NCBI GenBank assembly: GCA_030704615.1
Contig: CM060734.1
Location: 7,998,001 to 8,062,000 of the forward strand
DNA length: 64,000 nucleotides
From: Takakia lepidozioides
Taxonomy: Eukaryota; Plantae; Bryophyta
Direction: 5' to 3'
This document shows positions 1 to 12,995 of the stretch, one piece after another. Numbering within the stretch: position 1 is the first letter of the stretch; every line of letters begins with the position of its first letter. The notes under the pieces are model-generated. The model made no database searches and was not told the DNA's origin. It was given only the letters and a program-made list of their open reading frames with translations. The position numbers were made by a program, and so were the translations under genes.

Positions 1-14
1 GATGAGGCTCCATC

Positions 15-188
15 GATGCGGATGTTGGAGAAGAAGATGAAGACATGGTCATTGAAACCGAGGTGGAAGATGATTCAGATGTGCCTTTTGGTGAGCAAGC
101 CATTTATGACAATGACTCTTATGAGCAAGAAGACTTGCAGCTTGATGAGGACGAAGAAGCTCCGGATGATGATGTTCAAGTTGATTAG
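15..188 (+). pseudogene. Acidic C-terminal tail of an ORF entering from outside the window, probably transposon-encoded
   Basis: Frame reads DADVGEEDEDMVIETEVEDDSDVPF...DDDVQVD* with TAG at 186-188. No diagnostic domain is visible. Confidence 0.35.
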
Positions 189-1555
189 ACACGTAATCAA
201 AGCTACATAATAATTCTCGCACAGAATTGTACCCATCCCTTCGATTGATTGTACATGTAAATGCATGTAGCTTATTTCTATGATTGATTAATGAAAAATC
301 CATGAAAAAATCCTTTGTAGGTGTGGCGATCTAGGAATGATTCTAGTGAAGTTGTGACTCGAAAAGTGACTCTAGGATTGTTGAGTTTTTGTACGAGGGC
401 AAGAATGTTGGAAGACATGGTTCTTGTTCTACAAGTGCTGACCAAGACTTACCCCTGGAAACCCTTCAATCGATTTGGTTACCATGATCTCGATGCAACA
501 GAAAGAATCTTCGAAAAATAAGGCCGCCCGGGTTGATCACGGTCTCCCATATGCAAGATAGACATGTTATATTGTAGCACAGAAAGAGGACTAAAAAGAT
601 TTGCAACAATGGATCCATTCAGCTTGGCCTCTGCCATGACCTTAGCAAAGACACAGAAAAGGCGATATTGCGATTCTCCGCCGTCGCAGACCTGTTGGGG
701 CGTCGCAAGGCGACCCCTGGAGGTCGCAACCCCCTGCATTTACAATATCTATGATTGCGGATTTGTCCTATGTAATGATGTTTGTTTTAGCTCTATTTGG
801 TTCTGTGAATGCAAACCCCAGACCACTACATCCATGGAAAAAATTGGACCAAACAAAAAATAAAAAATAAAAAAAATTTCTTTCACTCATTATTGCGGAA
901 CTCTCTATGGAGAGTGCATGAAGTTAAAAAGAACTCAACTTGGGAGTGCAAATGAGGGAAGAAAATATGGTTTTCAGTCCAAATGATTTTTGTTCACTCC
1001 CAAAATTTGCACACGCATTGCAAACGCTGTCATTAAGCATATGGCTTGGGAACGGAATAAAAAAATCATGTGCATGTGCAAAAAATCATCATCCCACCTG
1101 AGGGGATGAGGAGGAGGATGTGGCGGCGGCCGTCAAGTTTGTTGGGATCGGCACCAATGGTGGTAGAAAGAACTCTGGCCCTGTTATACAGCAAGAGAGA
1201 AGGAGCACTATAAAGATTGGAAGAAGGGGATCAATTGACCCTGGCCTTTGCCATGACCTTTGCAAAGAGACACTAAACAGGGCCTCTCTACGACTCCCGG
1301 ACGTCGCAGGCCCGTCGCATTACCGCTGACGGGCGACTTCTAGCAGTCGCAACCCCCGCGAGGTGGCGTGCCCTCGTCACGTGGCGGCCAAGGAGGAAAT
1401 GATCTTGCAACCCCAACGTCCCTCGTCGTTGCCCTGCTGGAGCGTCGCTAGGCCGTCCTAGCGACGACGGGACATCGCAATACCCCGTCGAGCTGGGCAT
1501 CGAAGGGGAAATGGTGACGTTGCGACTCCCGCACGTCGCTGGAACGTCGCAGTAC

Positions 1556-4500
1556 CCTCTAGCCTGGGGGTCTAGGATTGGGGATTTCTGGTACGTAATG
1601 ATTTTTGTTTTTACTCATAATTTTTTGTGAATTCAACCCTTGCACCACTACATTTGTGCAAAATATTGGACCAAAAAAAAAAAAAAAATCTTTGCTCATT
1701 TTTTTAGACTCTCTATGAAGAGTGCATGAAGTTGTAGAGAACTTAACTTTGGAGTACAAATGAGGGAAGAAAATACGGTTTTGGGTCTAGATGACTTTTG
1801 CTTACTCCCAATTTTTGCACGTACATTGCATATGTTGTCATTAAACATATGGCTTGAAAGTGGAATTTAAAAAAAAATGTGTGCAGACGAAACGCAATAT
1901 TTAGTCTCCACGACACGTAGTTTCGTTGAAATCTTGAATGACCCATTGACTAAACTTGGTTCAAGCTCATATTTGGTCCACATGTGCTTAAGTATGTTCA
2001 AATCACATATGCAAAGTTGCAAATGACGAGCATCAAGAAGAAATATTCACCCCCGACGTCGTAGGCCCTGCATGAAGTTGAAGAAAACTCAACCTTGGAG
2101 AGCAAATGATGGAGGAAAATATGGTTTTGGATCCAGATGACTTTTGTTCACTGCTAAATTTTGCACACGCAGTCATTAAGCATATGGCTTGAGAATGGGA
2201 AAAAAAAAAATCATGTGATTTCACAGGTCTACTAGATCCTTCCAAACTTCGAAAGGATTGTCAGTTCAAAGCACACACCACTTTCTGGGTGGGGATCATG
2301 TCATTCGAGATAAGACTCACCGAGGTTCTGTAGAAGTTATCTGATGTATCTAGATGTCAACGTTGTCTCCTCACAATGGATGCTTGCTACGACTTAGGTG
2401 ATTATGTCAAACAACTCCCACAAAGGCAACAACTAGAGCAAGTGATGCAAAATGGCACTAAGACTTTGCGCTATGTAAATCACATGGAGGTGGAAATGTG
2501 AATGGGATATCCAGCAAATTATACCCATCATGTGCAAGTAAAGGGAGCCGACAATTACTTAAATGCTCTCATTACAAACATGTACATAAATATTTTTAGC
2601 TTATATTTATGACTAGCATAGTGTATCTACGTGGTTTTGTGGAGGGAAAGAATGTGAATTAAATATGATGCAAGAGAGGCCAATTTACAATTGGTCTACA
2701 TGAACATCACTAATCGCTTCGGTCGTTAATGTCATCCATTAATTGTACTTCGACCAGGCCTGAGGTCGTCAAGAATTTTCAAACCCCAAAAAAACATCCA
2801 GGAAGGACACATAGGGATCAGGCATCCACTCAGTTACGTTCTCGGTCATCGCATAGGAACAAAAAGGAGAAGTTGAAGACCAGCATCCGATGGATGTTGC
2901 TAAAATGTAAAGCTCTCATGATTGCATTTCAGAGGACTTTCTTTGGATAAAGCCAAATTTCACTTAGGGAATCCATTGATCCGGAGTGATGGAAACTTGG
3001 AGTGAGGCCGCTTTTCTTGTCTTTCTTGCATCTCTAACATGGGATACTCTAATGATAGTTTGGAACTGTTCGCAGTTGTGAGCATTGTTCAACCAACATT
3101 GTTCTCTCCTTTTGATGATCCTGGTTTAAATTAGTGCAATGTAACCAAGCAACCTCTACATATTGAAATGTGCGTAATTTATGGCCCTTGTTCTTCCGCT
3201 GCAACAAACTCGTTCACAAAATGCTCTTCTTTCACAGCAACCACCGGTTATTTCACAAAATGTTCTTCTTTCGCTCCAATCCATTTGTCTTTTGAGTACA
3301 ACCTCAGCGTAATACATTTGCACAAAGTATTGGCTGATTTCGGCAGAGGCTTTGTGTCCACACACATGTTGGAATTTGGACTTCATATTTTCCATCCAAC
3401 CACGATCTAGGCTAATAACCACGATCTAATCGCTAATCGCTAATCGTTTCATCAGAGATCGTTTCAATGGCTAATGGCTAATCGATAATATTTAATCGAT
3501 AAACTTTAATCGTTAATCGTTATTCCCAAATGGTAGAAGTATTCCTTCAGATTGTTAATCGTACATCGTTATTCGATTGACGATCTGTTCATTTGATGTT
3601 TTATGTTTGATGTTTGATGTTTGCAAAATCATCCGATGTTGTGCTTCTCTCTACCATCATACCTGAGCATGTGCTTGAGTTGATTTGTGACGAAGAGTAT
3701 TGCACCTTTGATCAATGGTCTTGCAATAATATCTTGTTCCTCCAGAAATAATTAGTTGACTTTATTTCATTATTGTATTTGATGGTTTGATGATTTGATG
3801 ATAGATGATTGATGATTTCATGATTTGATGTTCATTTCGAATTAAGGCCAAAGCTTTATACAAAGCAAAATCATTCGATGTTGTGCTTCTCTCTACCATC
3901 CTACCTGAGCATGTGCGCGCGTTTTTCTCTGACGAAGAGTATTGCATGGATTGCAATTGCGTCGTTATGTGACAAAACCATTCGAATTCGTCAAGGAATC
4001 GAGGATGTCACCAAAGAAGTTTAGTATATGCCTAATCCGGCGCTCTCTATAAGTTATTTAATAAATCTAGATGTCATCGTTGTCTCCGGACAGTGGAGAC
4101 AACGAACTTGAAAACTAATAACAACGATATTGAAATAAGGGCAAAGCTTTACCAAAGCGAAATCATCCAATGTTGTGCTTATTTCTACCATCCTACTTGA
4201 GCATGTGTGCGAGTTTTTGGTGATGGCGGTCGAGAGGAGGGAGAACCCACTTGTATGTCTCTCTCCTCCTTTAGATTCCGAGCTGCTTTCTCAAGCTCTT
4301 GGATTTTTTCGATGATATTGTTGTCCTTTCGAATTCGTCAAGGAATCGAGGATGTCACCAAAGAAGTTTAGTATGCGCCTAATCCGAGGTTCTCTAGAAG
4401 TTTTATACAAAGCAAAATCATTCGATGTTGTGCTTTTCTCTACCATCCTACCTGAGCATGTGCGCACATTTTTCTGTGACGAAGAGTATTGCATCAATTG

Positions 4501-6730
4501 CAATTGCGTCGTTCTGTGAAAAAACCATTCGAATTCGTCAAGGAATCGAGGATGTCACCAAAGAAGTTTAGTGTGCGCCTAATCCGACGTTCTCTTGAAG
4601 TTATCTAATGTATCTAGATGTGAACGTTGTCTCCGGACAGTGGAGACAACGATCTTGAAAACCAATAACCGCAATCTTGAAATAAAGCCAAAGTTTTTAC
4701 AAAGCGAAATCATCCGATGTTGTGCTTATCTCTACCATCCTACCTGAGCATGTGCGCGAGTTTTTTGTGATGACATTCGAGGGGAGGGAGAACCCAGTTG
4801 TCTGTCTCTCTCCTTCTTTAGATTTTGAGGTGCTTTCTCAAGCTCTTGGATTTTTTCGATGAGATTGTCCACCTTTCGAATTTGTCAAGGAATCGAGGAT
4901 GCCACCAAAGAAGTTTAGTATGCGCCTAGTCCAAGGTTCCCTAGAAGTTATCTGATGTATCTACATGTCAACGTTGTCTCCTGACATTGGATGTCTGCTA
5001 TGACTTAGGTGATTATGTCAAACAACTCCCACAAAGGCAACGACGTGCAACTGGAGCAAGTGATGCAAATTGGCACCAAGACTCTACGCTACATATATAT
5101 ATATATGACGCCTCCTGAAGGGAGCGTAACTTATGGTGTCTCTTCACTACAAGGGCTACTACCTTCCAGCAAGGTGGACACCTTCATGCAAGGGCTACCT
5201 TCCAGTGAAAGGTGGAACCATGACACACACCAGACCGTGGTTTAACCCACAACCACATCCAACGTGGTATGTGCCCATTATCACTGGGCTCATGCTGGTT
5301 GTCAAACTCTACGCTATGTAAATCACATGGAGGTGGAAATGTTAATGGGATCTCATCCGATATACAAAGCGAAATCATCCGAGGTTGTGCTTCTCTCTAC
5401 CATCCTACCTGAGCATGTGCGCGTGTTTTTGTGTGACGAAGAGTATTGGGGGCCGATTGCAATTGCGTCATTCTGTGACAAAATCTTTCGAATTCGTCAA
5501 GGAATCTAGGATGCCACCAAAGAAGTTTAGCATGCACATAATCCGAGGTTCTCTACAAGTTATCTGATGTATCTAGATGTCAACGTTGTCTCCTAACAGT
5601 GGATGTCTGCTAGTTACGACTTAGGTGATTATGTCAAACAACTCCCACAAAGGCAACGACGTGCAACTGTAGTGCAACAATGTGCAATTGTATTGTATTC
5701 ATGATTTGATTTGATGATTTGTTTATTTGAAGTTTGATTTTGAAATAAGGCCAAAACTTTATACACCAAGTGATCTTCAACAAGAATGATCTGCTTCAGT
5801 TCCTTCATCTGGGTGATAAATCAGTCTCTGCTTTTACTGTGTTGGTTCATCATTTTCATCATTAATTAAAAGCTTCAATGATCATTGGCCTTCTATGGAG
5901 ACAGTGCAAAAAAAAGATGCAAGCATTCTCCATGCATTCTATCTCCAACCAATGTCTCTGTCAATTCAAAAAACAACTCAGTGCCAAAACTTCCTAGTTT
6001 TCTAAATCCATTTTCATCTTTGTTGTATCACGGGGAAAGCTTGCAACGTCTTTACATTCTAGAGTCTGTTGAGGAAATAAATTTTTATTCCATTAACCAT
6101 ATGCTTAATGACAACATGTGCAATGTGCATGCAAAATTTGGCAGTGAACAGACATCATCTGCACCCAAAACCATATTTTCTTCCCTCATTTGAGTTCTCT
6201 TCAAGTTCATGCATTGTTGATGAGCATATTTCTTAATGTTGCTTATCTTTTGAAATTTGCATATGTGATTCGGACATACTGAAGCGCGTGTGGACCAAAT
6301 ATGAGCTTGAACCAAGTTCATTCAATGGGTCATTAAAGTATTGAACACATCTATGTGTTTTAGAGACGAAAAACTGCATTTCGTTTGCACATGATTTTAT
6401 TTTTATTCTGTTCTTTAAATCATATGCTTAATGACAACATATGCAATGTGCGTGAAAAAATTGAGAGTGAATAAAAACCATTTGGCCCCAAAACCGTATT
6501 TTCTTCCCTCATTTGCACTCCAAAGTTGAGTTGTCTTCAACTTCATGCACTATGCATAGAGAGTTCTGCAATAGTGAACGCAGAAAACACTTTTTTATTT
6601 TTTATTTATTTTTGGTCGAATATTTGCACGGATGTAGTGGTGCAAGGGTCAATTCATTCAGAACAAAACACAACCAAAAAACAATTATTACGTGCAGCAG
6701 CATCCCCAATCCTAGACCCCCAGGCCCGAG
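1556..6730. repeat. Long inverted repeat, arms about 1556-2215 and 6085-6730, with a related direct copy at about 730-1080
   Basis: For example 1941 ACCCATTGACTAAACTTGGTTCAAGCTCATATTTGGTCCAC is the near reverse complement of GTGGACCAAATATGAGCTTGAACCAAGTTCATTCAATGGGT at about 6290-6330. Confidence 0.8.
3620..5670. repeat. Irregular tandem repeat (units of about 250-550 bp) inside the CACTA
   Basis: AAATCATCCGATGTTGTGCTTCTCTCTACCATCCTACCTGAGCATGTGCG recurs near 3625, 3866, 4160, 4413, 4705 and 5370. Confidence 0.85.
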
Positions 6731-7989
6731 GGCACTTGCGACGCCCCAGCAGGCATGCGATTGCGGAGAATCGCAACCTCGCCATTGTGGCATTTCAGCG
6801 GCGTCTGGACGTCACAAAACCCAGCGCGAGCTGACTCGGCCCTCCCCACGCGCCTAAGTGTGAGGGGGTGTTGTTTCGATTCCTTGCGGGAGTGTCGTAG
6901 AGGGTACGTGCGACGCTCGGGTGTCACAACCCCTAGCTCGGTCATTCCCAACAGCAGCGACGTGGTGGAATCGCAAAGCAGGCGAAGCGTCACCGGAGCG
7001 GCACGGCGGCGACGGGTCGACGTCGCAATTTCCGGGCCGGGCGCCTGCGCAGCGCTGCAGTCGTAGGAGGGTCGTCGCGTCCGGCGCGCCCGGGGTCCCA
7101 GCGTCGCTAACCCCCCCTAAATGTAGTAGTGTCTGATCACCTGATGCCCCTGTGACACCCATCTTTATTATAGGGCCCACCCCGAAAGGGGGGCAGTAGC
7201 CGCAAGGCAAAGTGGCTCTTAGTTACGCCGGCCTCGGCCGGAGTCTTCTCTCTCTCTCTCTCTCTGCGTCAACATCTGCCTGTACTGCTTGAGTTTCTTG
7301 CTTCTGCCGCTGCCATTTCTGTTCCCATTCAGATCGGCGTTCCTCTAGGTGGTTGTACGGCGGAGCATAGCGCTCTTCTGGTCCTCTAAGACCGCAGTTG
7401 TAAGCTCATGGTTACATGTTGTTTGGGCTGCTGCAAGCTCCTGCTGGTGCTTGCTTTGAGGTGCTCCAGGATCATATTAAGTTGCTCTGGGGTTATGTAA
7501 TTTTTGGCTCTGTTCATGTATATCGTCGCCTGATTCAGAGCTTGTACTGCCTGGAGAACGGCATTGCCTGGTGTCTCCTCCAATACTGTGTCCCAAGATG
7601 TTGTCTAAGACTTGCTGTGATAGCAATAATCCAAATTGGAATGGTTCTCTTGCTGGGTGAACTGCTATTGTCCCTGCGTCGCCTCCACCGCTTGCTGCTG
7701 CTGTGAAACTATGCTTTCCACCTCCCTTGTTTGCTGCTCCATTTGTGTGGGTATTTCTGGCTGTTGATCCTCTCCTTGTCTTTGCAGTGTAGAATCGGCC
7801 GTGGAAGTGAGCATTATTTCCGCCATCGTGCTCATCGTACCTTCGTCTATCCGGGCCCTCTTTGCAAGTCCGCCCTCCTCCTGCAATGGTTGTTCTTCCT
7901 CTTCTTGCCCTGTGGCTGTCTCACTCCCATCCTCCTGATCCACTATTTCTGCTCCTATAGGATCGTCTTGTGGGGCCACTGGAGGTTTA

Positions 7990-10240
7990 GAGGCGCCTTC
8001 TTGGGCAAGCAGGTCGGCTGCCTCGTTCCCTTGGATGCCAGTGTGTGAACGGACTTTAAGGAAGTGGATGGGGTGGTTTTTGGATATAGCGAGGCTGACG
8101 ATGGTTGTGATGAGGTTGCAGTCTGGGTGGTGATGATGGGGGGATGGGCGGGAAATGTGGTTCCGGATAAGAAAAAGTGAGGTGAGACTATCCGTGAAAT
8201 ATAGTATGGGGGGGGGGGGGGGGGGGGGAAGGCGTCCAAGAGGGATATTGCTTTGAATATGGCCATGAATTCCGCTGGTAATATACTGGTAGGGCCAGGA
8301 AGTCTCAGAGCAGTGCCAGTATTAGTGGCGGTGTGGTATACTCCATAGCGAGCATTAGGCTTGATCAGGGAACCATCGGTATAGTGGGAGTTAGATGAGG
8401 GGAATCTGAGAGGGATTTTAGTTCTATATATTGAGGGTAAAGGAGGTGTGGGTGATGGTGGTGTGGTCTGGGGAGGGCACGGTCACGCCCTTCCCCAATC
8501 CTTGTTTATTTTGAGGGTGGGAATTGCAAGTGTTGGGTCGGTACAGGGGAGGGTGGACCTGGGTGGTGGGAGATAGGGTGGTGGACAGCCGCCTTCATTT
8601 TGTAGGTCCTAGTTAGAATGTGGTCTAGTTGATTCAGGAAGGGCTCTGGAATGTCGGGGGGGGGGGGGGGGAGGCGTGTTGGACAAGAAGGATTAGGGTC
8701 AGAGATGATTCCTTGTGACGGAGGTATTTGGGGAGAGGCGGGGTGTGTACATATTTGAGCTAGTTTGGATCGACTGTGGCTAGTAGGGTAACCCCTGCTG
8801 GTAGGCGGAGAAGGGGGTGGGAGTTGTCAGGTGTTTTTTGGTGTGTGAGGATGAGTATAGTGAGGGAATGAGGGCTTGATTGAGCGGCAAAACGGGCCCA
8901 TTGGAGAGCGTCGTGCGAAGGGGTACCCGGAGGAGGGTGGGCAAGACCTCTGCCAGCCCATGTGTGCTGAGTGGCAGTACCTCTGGCACTGAAGATGCAA
9001 TCTCTATAGTGTGGGCTGGCAAATGATGGTAACTCCATAGGGCAGGTAAGCGGGCTGAGCGAGTTAGGTGAAAAGAGTTGATGAGCAGGGTGAGGATGTC
9101 GTGAGGTATGGGGCGTTGGCCGTGGCTAGTCTATTGAGAGTGCGTGGGTTTTTTTGGGGGGGTTCTTTGTAATTATATCTTTCTATGAGCCAGCATAGTT
9201 CGGTAGCAAAATCTTGTTTGAAGGGTTAGAGGGTTTGCTGATGTGTGGTTGGAGTGGAGTATCGCGCCCACAGCTAGGCGAGCCTAGTGTTAGGGATACA
9301 ACCCAGGAAGCAATCGTGTGTGGCGTTGATGTTGGAAAGGCGAGGGCCGAGATACACCATTGGAAGATCGTGGTTGATGTCTTTGTCCGGGTTGCATTCG
9401 GTTATGCAAACTCGTATATTGGGGGCCATTAATGGGGTGTGTATGTATCGGTTGTCCGCTGATTGGGCGGGAGAAGCATGTTGTTGGTGTATATGAGTTA
9501 GGTAGTTAGAATTAGTGCATTTGTGAAAGTCAGTGAGGAGGGAGAGATTGTGGTCAGGGTCACAGTCATCATGGGGGCCGAAGAGGTCATCTTCGATTTG
9601 CCATGTGTTATCATCGGCTGGGTAGCCAGCCCATTTGCAGTAATAGTATGTATCGACACATGTGGCTCCGAAGGAGTCTAGTGATGTTTGGGTTTTTATT
9701 CCATGAATCGCTTCAATGATGAAGGCATGAGGGTTGTCAGGGTTGTGTGGGGGTGTTGGGGGAGGCGTCAGTGGGCCAGCATGAGGGGGGGTCTGGGTAT
9801 CAGACACATTGATGTAGGGAATAGGAGTAGTTAGGGGGTCCTCATGACTGCATGGGTCATGTCGAGTGGGTGATAGTGGGCGGGATGGGGTGGGGTCGGT
9901 GGAGGCGGCATTATGGTTGTTGTATGATGTTCTGAGCTTCTGGAAAATGGAAACAGCCGGGGTAGTTCTGTATTGGGTCTTGGGGCATGTGAGGGAAGAA
10001 TAGACAAGGGAGCGCACAGTCAAGGGTACATGATGATGAGGGGTGGCAGAATAGGATACGGAGGTAGTGTAGGTACGACTGGTTTTGGCCGTAGCTCTGA
10101 AGTGTTTAAGGGTAAATGTAGCGGGTTTTAGGAGGCGGTGCCCCGTGGCGGTGGTAAGTTGGGTAAGTGTGGTAATATGCCATTCTTTGAAATACGTAAG
10201 GAGAGGTGTTTTTTGTTTGGGACGCAGAGAGAGATAGACA
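7990..10240 (-). mobile_element. Non-LTR retrotransposon fragment (Dualen/RandI-like): chromodomain, PCIF1-like methyltransferase-like domain, RNase H; RT part missing
   Basis: Chromodomain FIIEAIHG...YYYCKWAGYPADDNTWQIEDDL at about 9580-9730. SPLTCPMELPSFASPHYRDCIFSARGTATQHTWAGRGLAHPP at about 8930-9060. RNase H motifs HYTDGS, AEFMAI, YFTDS and KVRSHTGIQGNEAAD at about 8000-8390, with frameshifts at poly-C tracts. Confidence 0.75.
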
Positions 10241-10249
10241 TCGAACAAC

Positions 10250-11550
10250 AGAGACAGAAATTGAGACGCTCACAGAATGACTCAAAGCCACTAAAGCCCA
10301 GATGACAAAGGTTCTGACCAGCAATACCACACTGCTGCAGCATAGGGAAGAAGCTAAGAGCAGGTATTTCACAACAAATACAGAAAGGGACATTGCCCTA
10401 GGCAATGAGCAGGAATGGAAGCAGGAATAGAAGCAGCAGTTGGAGAAATTTTGACTCTTAAGGCAGGGCTAGATGCAGCAGACGCAGCCCTGACTCGTAC
10501 ATGGATAAACGAAGGGAATCCCTTTGAGATAAAGAAACTCAACAGGGAGATGTTGCAGTGAATCAAAATCCAATTGGCAAAATTGGTGACAGACATTCAT
10601 GAGGAATTCCTGCCACCAAAGCCATAACAAGAAGAATTCATGGATCAAGATGAACAGGAAGAACAAGACCATGAACAAGAACAGTAAGCACCAATACAAT
10701 CAACAACAACAGCACCAGCACAGACACCACCAGCAAACACAACCACCACAGCTTGAAGGGCACAAGTACAGGCCACAGCAAGGCCATCCACCCAAGAGGT
10801 AACCAATGTGCCATTATCAAGCATTCTTGTGGCATCAGCTAGGCCCAGCAAATCCCAGACATGTTGGAAAAGGTATTCAAGGCCTTAACCCCCTGCAGGT
10901 CATTAGGCCAACTACATATGCTCAATCAGACACTCATACCTTTGAAGTACAGAATGCGGCCACTGGGCAAGGATGACATGTGGTCAGGGGCAGAATTAGT
11001 AGAATTCTGGCGCCAAGCTCCCCTGGAGTACAAGGAGTTGGTGGCCTATATGTGGGCAGTGGGGCAGTTGAAGATCAACCCCAATCCAGCAGTTGATGTG
11101 GGGTTGCCCAAGCTTTTACATTGGCAGCTACCTTTACAGGATGTTCAACACAATGCGGGCAAGCTGTACACCGATACCAGAGCATTGAGCAGGATACGCA
11201 CTGGGAATTGCCCAAATCCCAGCCACCAGAGAGAGTCTCTGGCACCTCAACGTACATAGACCGACCTCTGTATGCAGAATTGTAGCATCAGACAAAGGAT
11301 CACTATCAACCTTTGCTACTGGACAGAGACCACCCCTTGACAGACACAAGAACCCAAGCGGTTTAATTGGTTGATAGGCAGCAGGGCAACCAGATATATT
11401 GTGACCTGGACAAATGAGGAACTGCTCACATATCGCGAGACCCTTTCCACTAAGATCGACGGCATACGTAAGGATGGACACTCAGAGCATCCAGATCAGG
11501 AAAGCTTGCCCATACAATAACCAAAGGAGACAACAGACAGTGACGATAAT
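10250..11550 (+). pseudogene. Degenerate coiled-coil/Gln-rich ORF of unknown function, probably a retroelement accessory ORF
   Basis: Coding-like composition broken by stops; includes ORF 10861-11259. No recognisable domain. Confidence 0.25.
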
Positions 11551-11709
11551 AAGAACAATGTCCTCATATTTGATATGCGCAGGCGCATACCCGTTTTTTT
11601 TTTTTTTTTTTTTTTTTCACAATATTTTTTTTAATTGTTTTTGTTTCTTATATAGAACAGTGAAAAAAAAAAACAGTGCCCTCATATTTGGTATGCGCCG
11701 CACATACCC

Positions 11710-11710
<1 letters not shown>

Positions 11711-11780
<70 letters not shown>
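11711..11780. repeat. (TTA)n microsatellite
   Basis: About 23 uninterrupted TTA units. Confidence 0.95.
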
Positions 11781-11895
11781 TATATTTATACAGAATAGTG
11801 AAAAAACAACAAAAAAACAGTGTCATCATATTTGGTATGCACAGGCGCATACCCGTCTTCATAAAATAAAATAAAATAAAAATCCATAATTTCTA

Positions 11896-12685
11896 CCGTA
11901 GTGGAAGATAGATTAGGCACTTTAGTGCCTAATAATTATTAAATCTGGAATATTCTCTTTAGGCACCCTCAAAAAAAAAATATATAGATTAGGCACATGT
12001 CATCCATGATTTCTGATGTTTAGGCACCTTTCATCACTTGGAACTCTCTCCTTTCATCCCCTCCATCTTCATTCCAAAGACAAACCCTAGGACAAGTTTT
12101 GTCCTTTGCAATAGTGCTCTCTCTTTTGTAATGGAGATGGCGTCAGAGAGCATAGTACACGGGACGGACGCAGATGTAGAGATGGCTTAACAGTGGAGGA
12201 AGTGAGGCTATGAGAGCCAATTTTACAGAGGCTTTGTTTACAACCACATATTCTCAAGTGGAAGTGGAAGGGATTCCTAGTTGCTCAGAGATACCAGACT
12301 TCTATCTTGATGTTGAGGTGGTGGAGAGCATGAGTCGCTACCTTGGAAATTTGCACATTGAAGACTCAGATATACCTAACTTGAATGGTGATCAAGAATT
12401 CAATGATGAACATATGCAGAATGTTCGAGACTCATTGGAAGGTCCTATGGAGGTTGTATGGACCTAGGGAATTGGCCTATATTTTTTGAATATTTATGAT
12501 TTTTATTTTATTTTGCTTTCAATAGGCTTTTAATAGAAGTTATATAGAGTTTAGAGAATTTTATTGAATTAGGCACTTTCATGTTATTTTTCCAGCCTTT
12601 TAGGCAGAAATATTGAAAAATCACATATTTGCTTAGGTTTAAAAAATAAAATAAAAATTATGCCTAATTTGCTGTTCCACTACAG
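11896..12685. mobile_element. Tc1/mariner-type MITE or deletion derivative, 790 bp
   Basis: TIRs CCGTAGTGGAAGATAGATTAGGCA and TGCCTAATTTGCTGTTCCACTACAG, flanked by TA at 11894-11895 and 12686-12687. Confidence 0.75.
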
Positions 12686-12995
12686 TATTCCCGCTTTGTC
12701 ATTGTTGAATAATTTCCTATTTCCGCTCTGTCATTGTTGAGTTGTCATTTTTTGGCTTCCTCGGATATAGGGTCGTTATACCGTAATCCACGAAAATACG
12801 TCCCATTTCTTAATGTTTTGACGACCCATCCATGCTCATAATCATATAAATTTATATTATGGGCTCACGATTTCCAGCTCACCGCTCACCGCTCACCGCT
12901 TACTGCTCACGGTTTAGCGTCCCTGTGTGGTGAGAGATTCTCCATAAAAAGGCACTGATTTTCGATGCCCTATGCGGATGCCAAATATCAGACTA

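Larger units (their letters stand above)
1..7131. mobile_element. Right-hand part of a CACTA (En/Spm) DNA transposon
   Basis: Terminus ...CCCCCCCTAAATGTAGTAGTG ends at 7131 (reverse complement CACTACTACATTTAGG). It is preceded by dense GTCGC/GCGAC subterminal motifs at 6720-7110, with similar clusters at 660-740 and 1290-1560. The left TIR is not in the window. Confidence 0.65.
11558..12995. mobile_element. Non-autonomous DNA element remnant with a hAT-like end
   Basis: Three copies of CATATTTGGTATGCGC..GCATACCCG at 11565-11855. The right end ATGCGGATGCCAAATATCAGACTA (to 12995) carries the inverted motif, and GCTCACC repeats lie at 12860-12912. Confidence 0.4.

Noticed and set aside
2600-3410. 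Possible transposase remnant on the minus strand
   Set aside because: Coding-like, but has many stops and no motif I can assign confidently.
7130-7245. Hammerhead ribozyme of a Penelope-like element
   Set aside because: The CUGANGA...GAAA core is not correctly arranged on either strand.
11414-11869. 151-aa ORF with poly-Phe, poly-Leu and poly-Tyr
   Set aside because: Artefact of a poly-T tract and the (TTA)n microsatellite.
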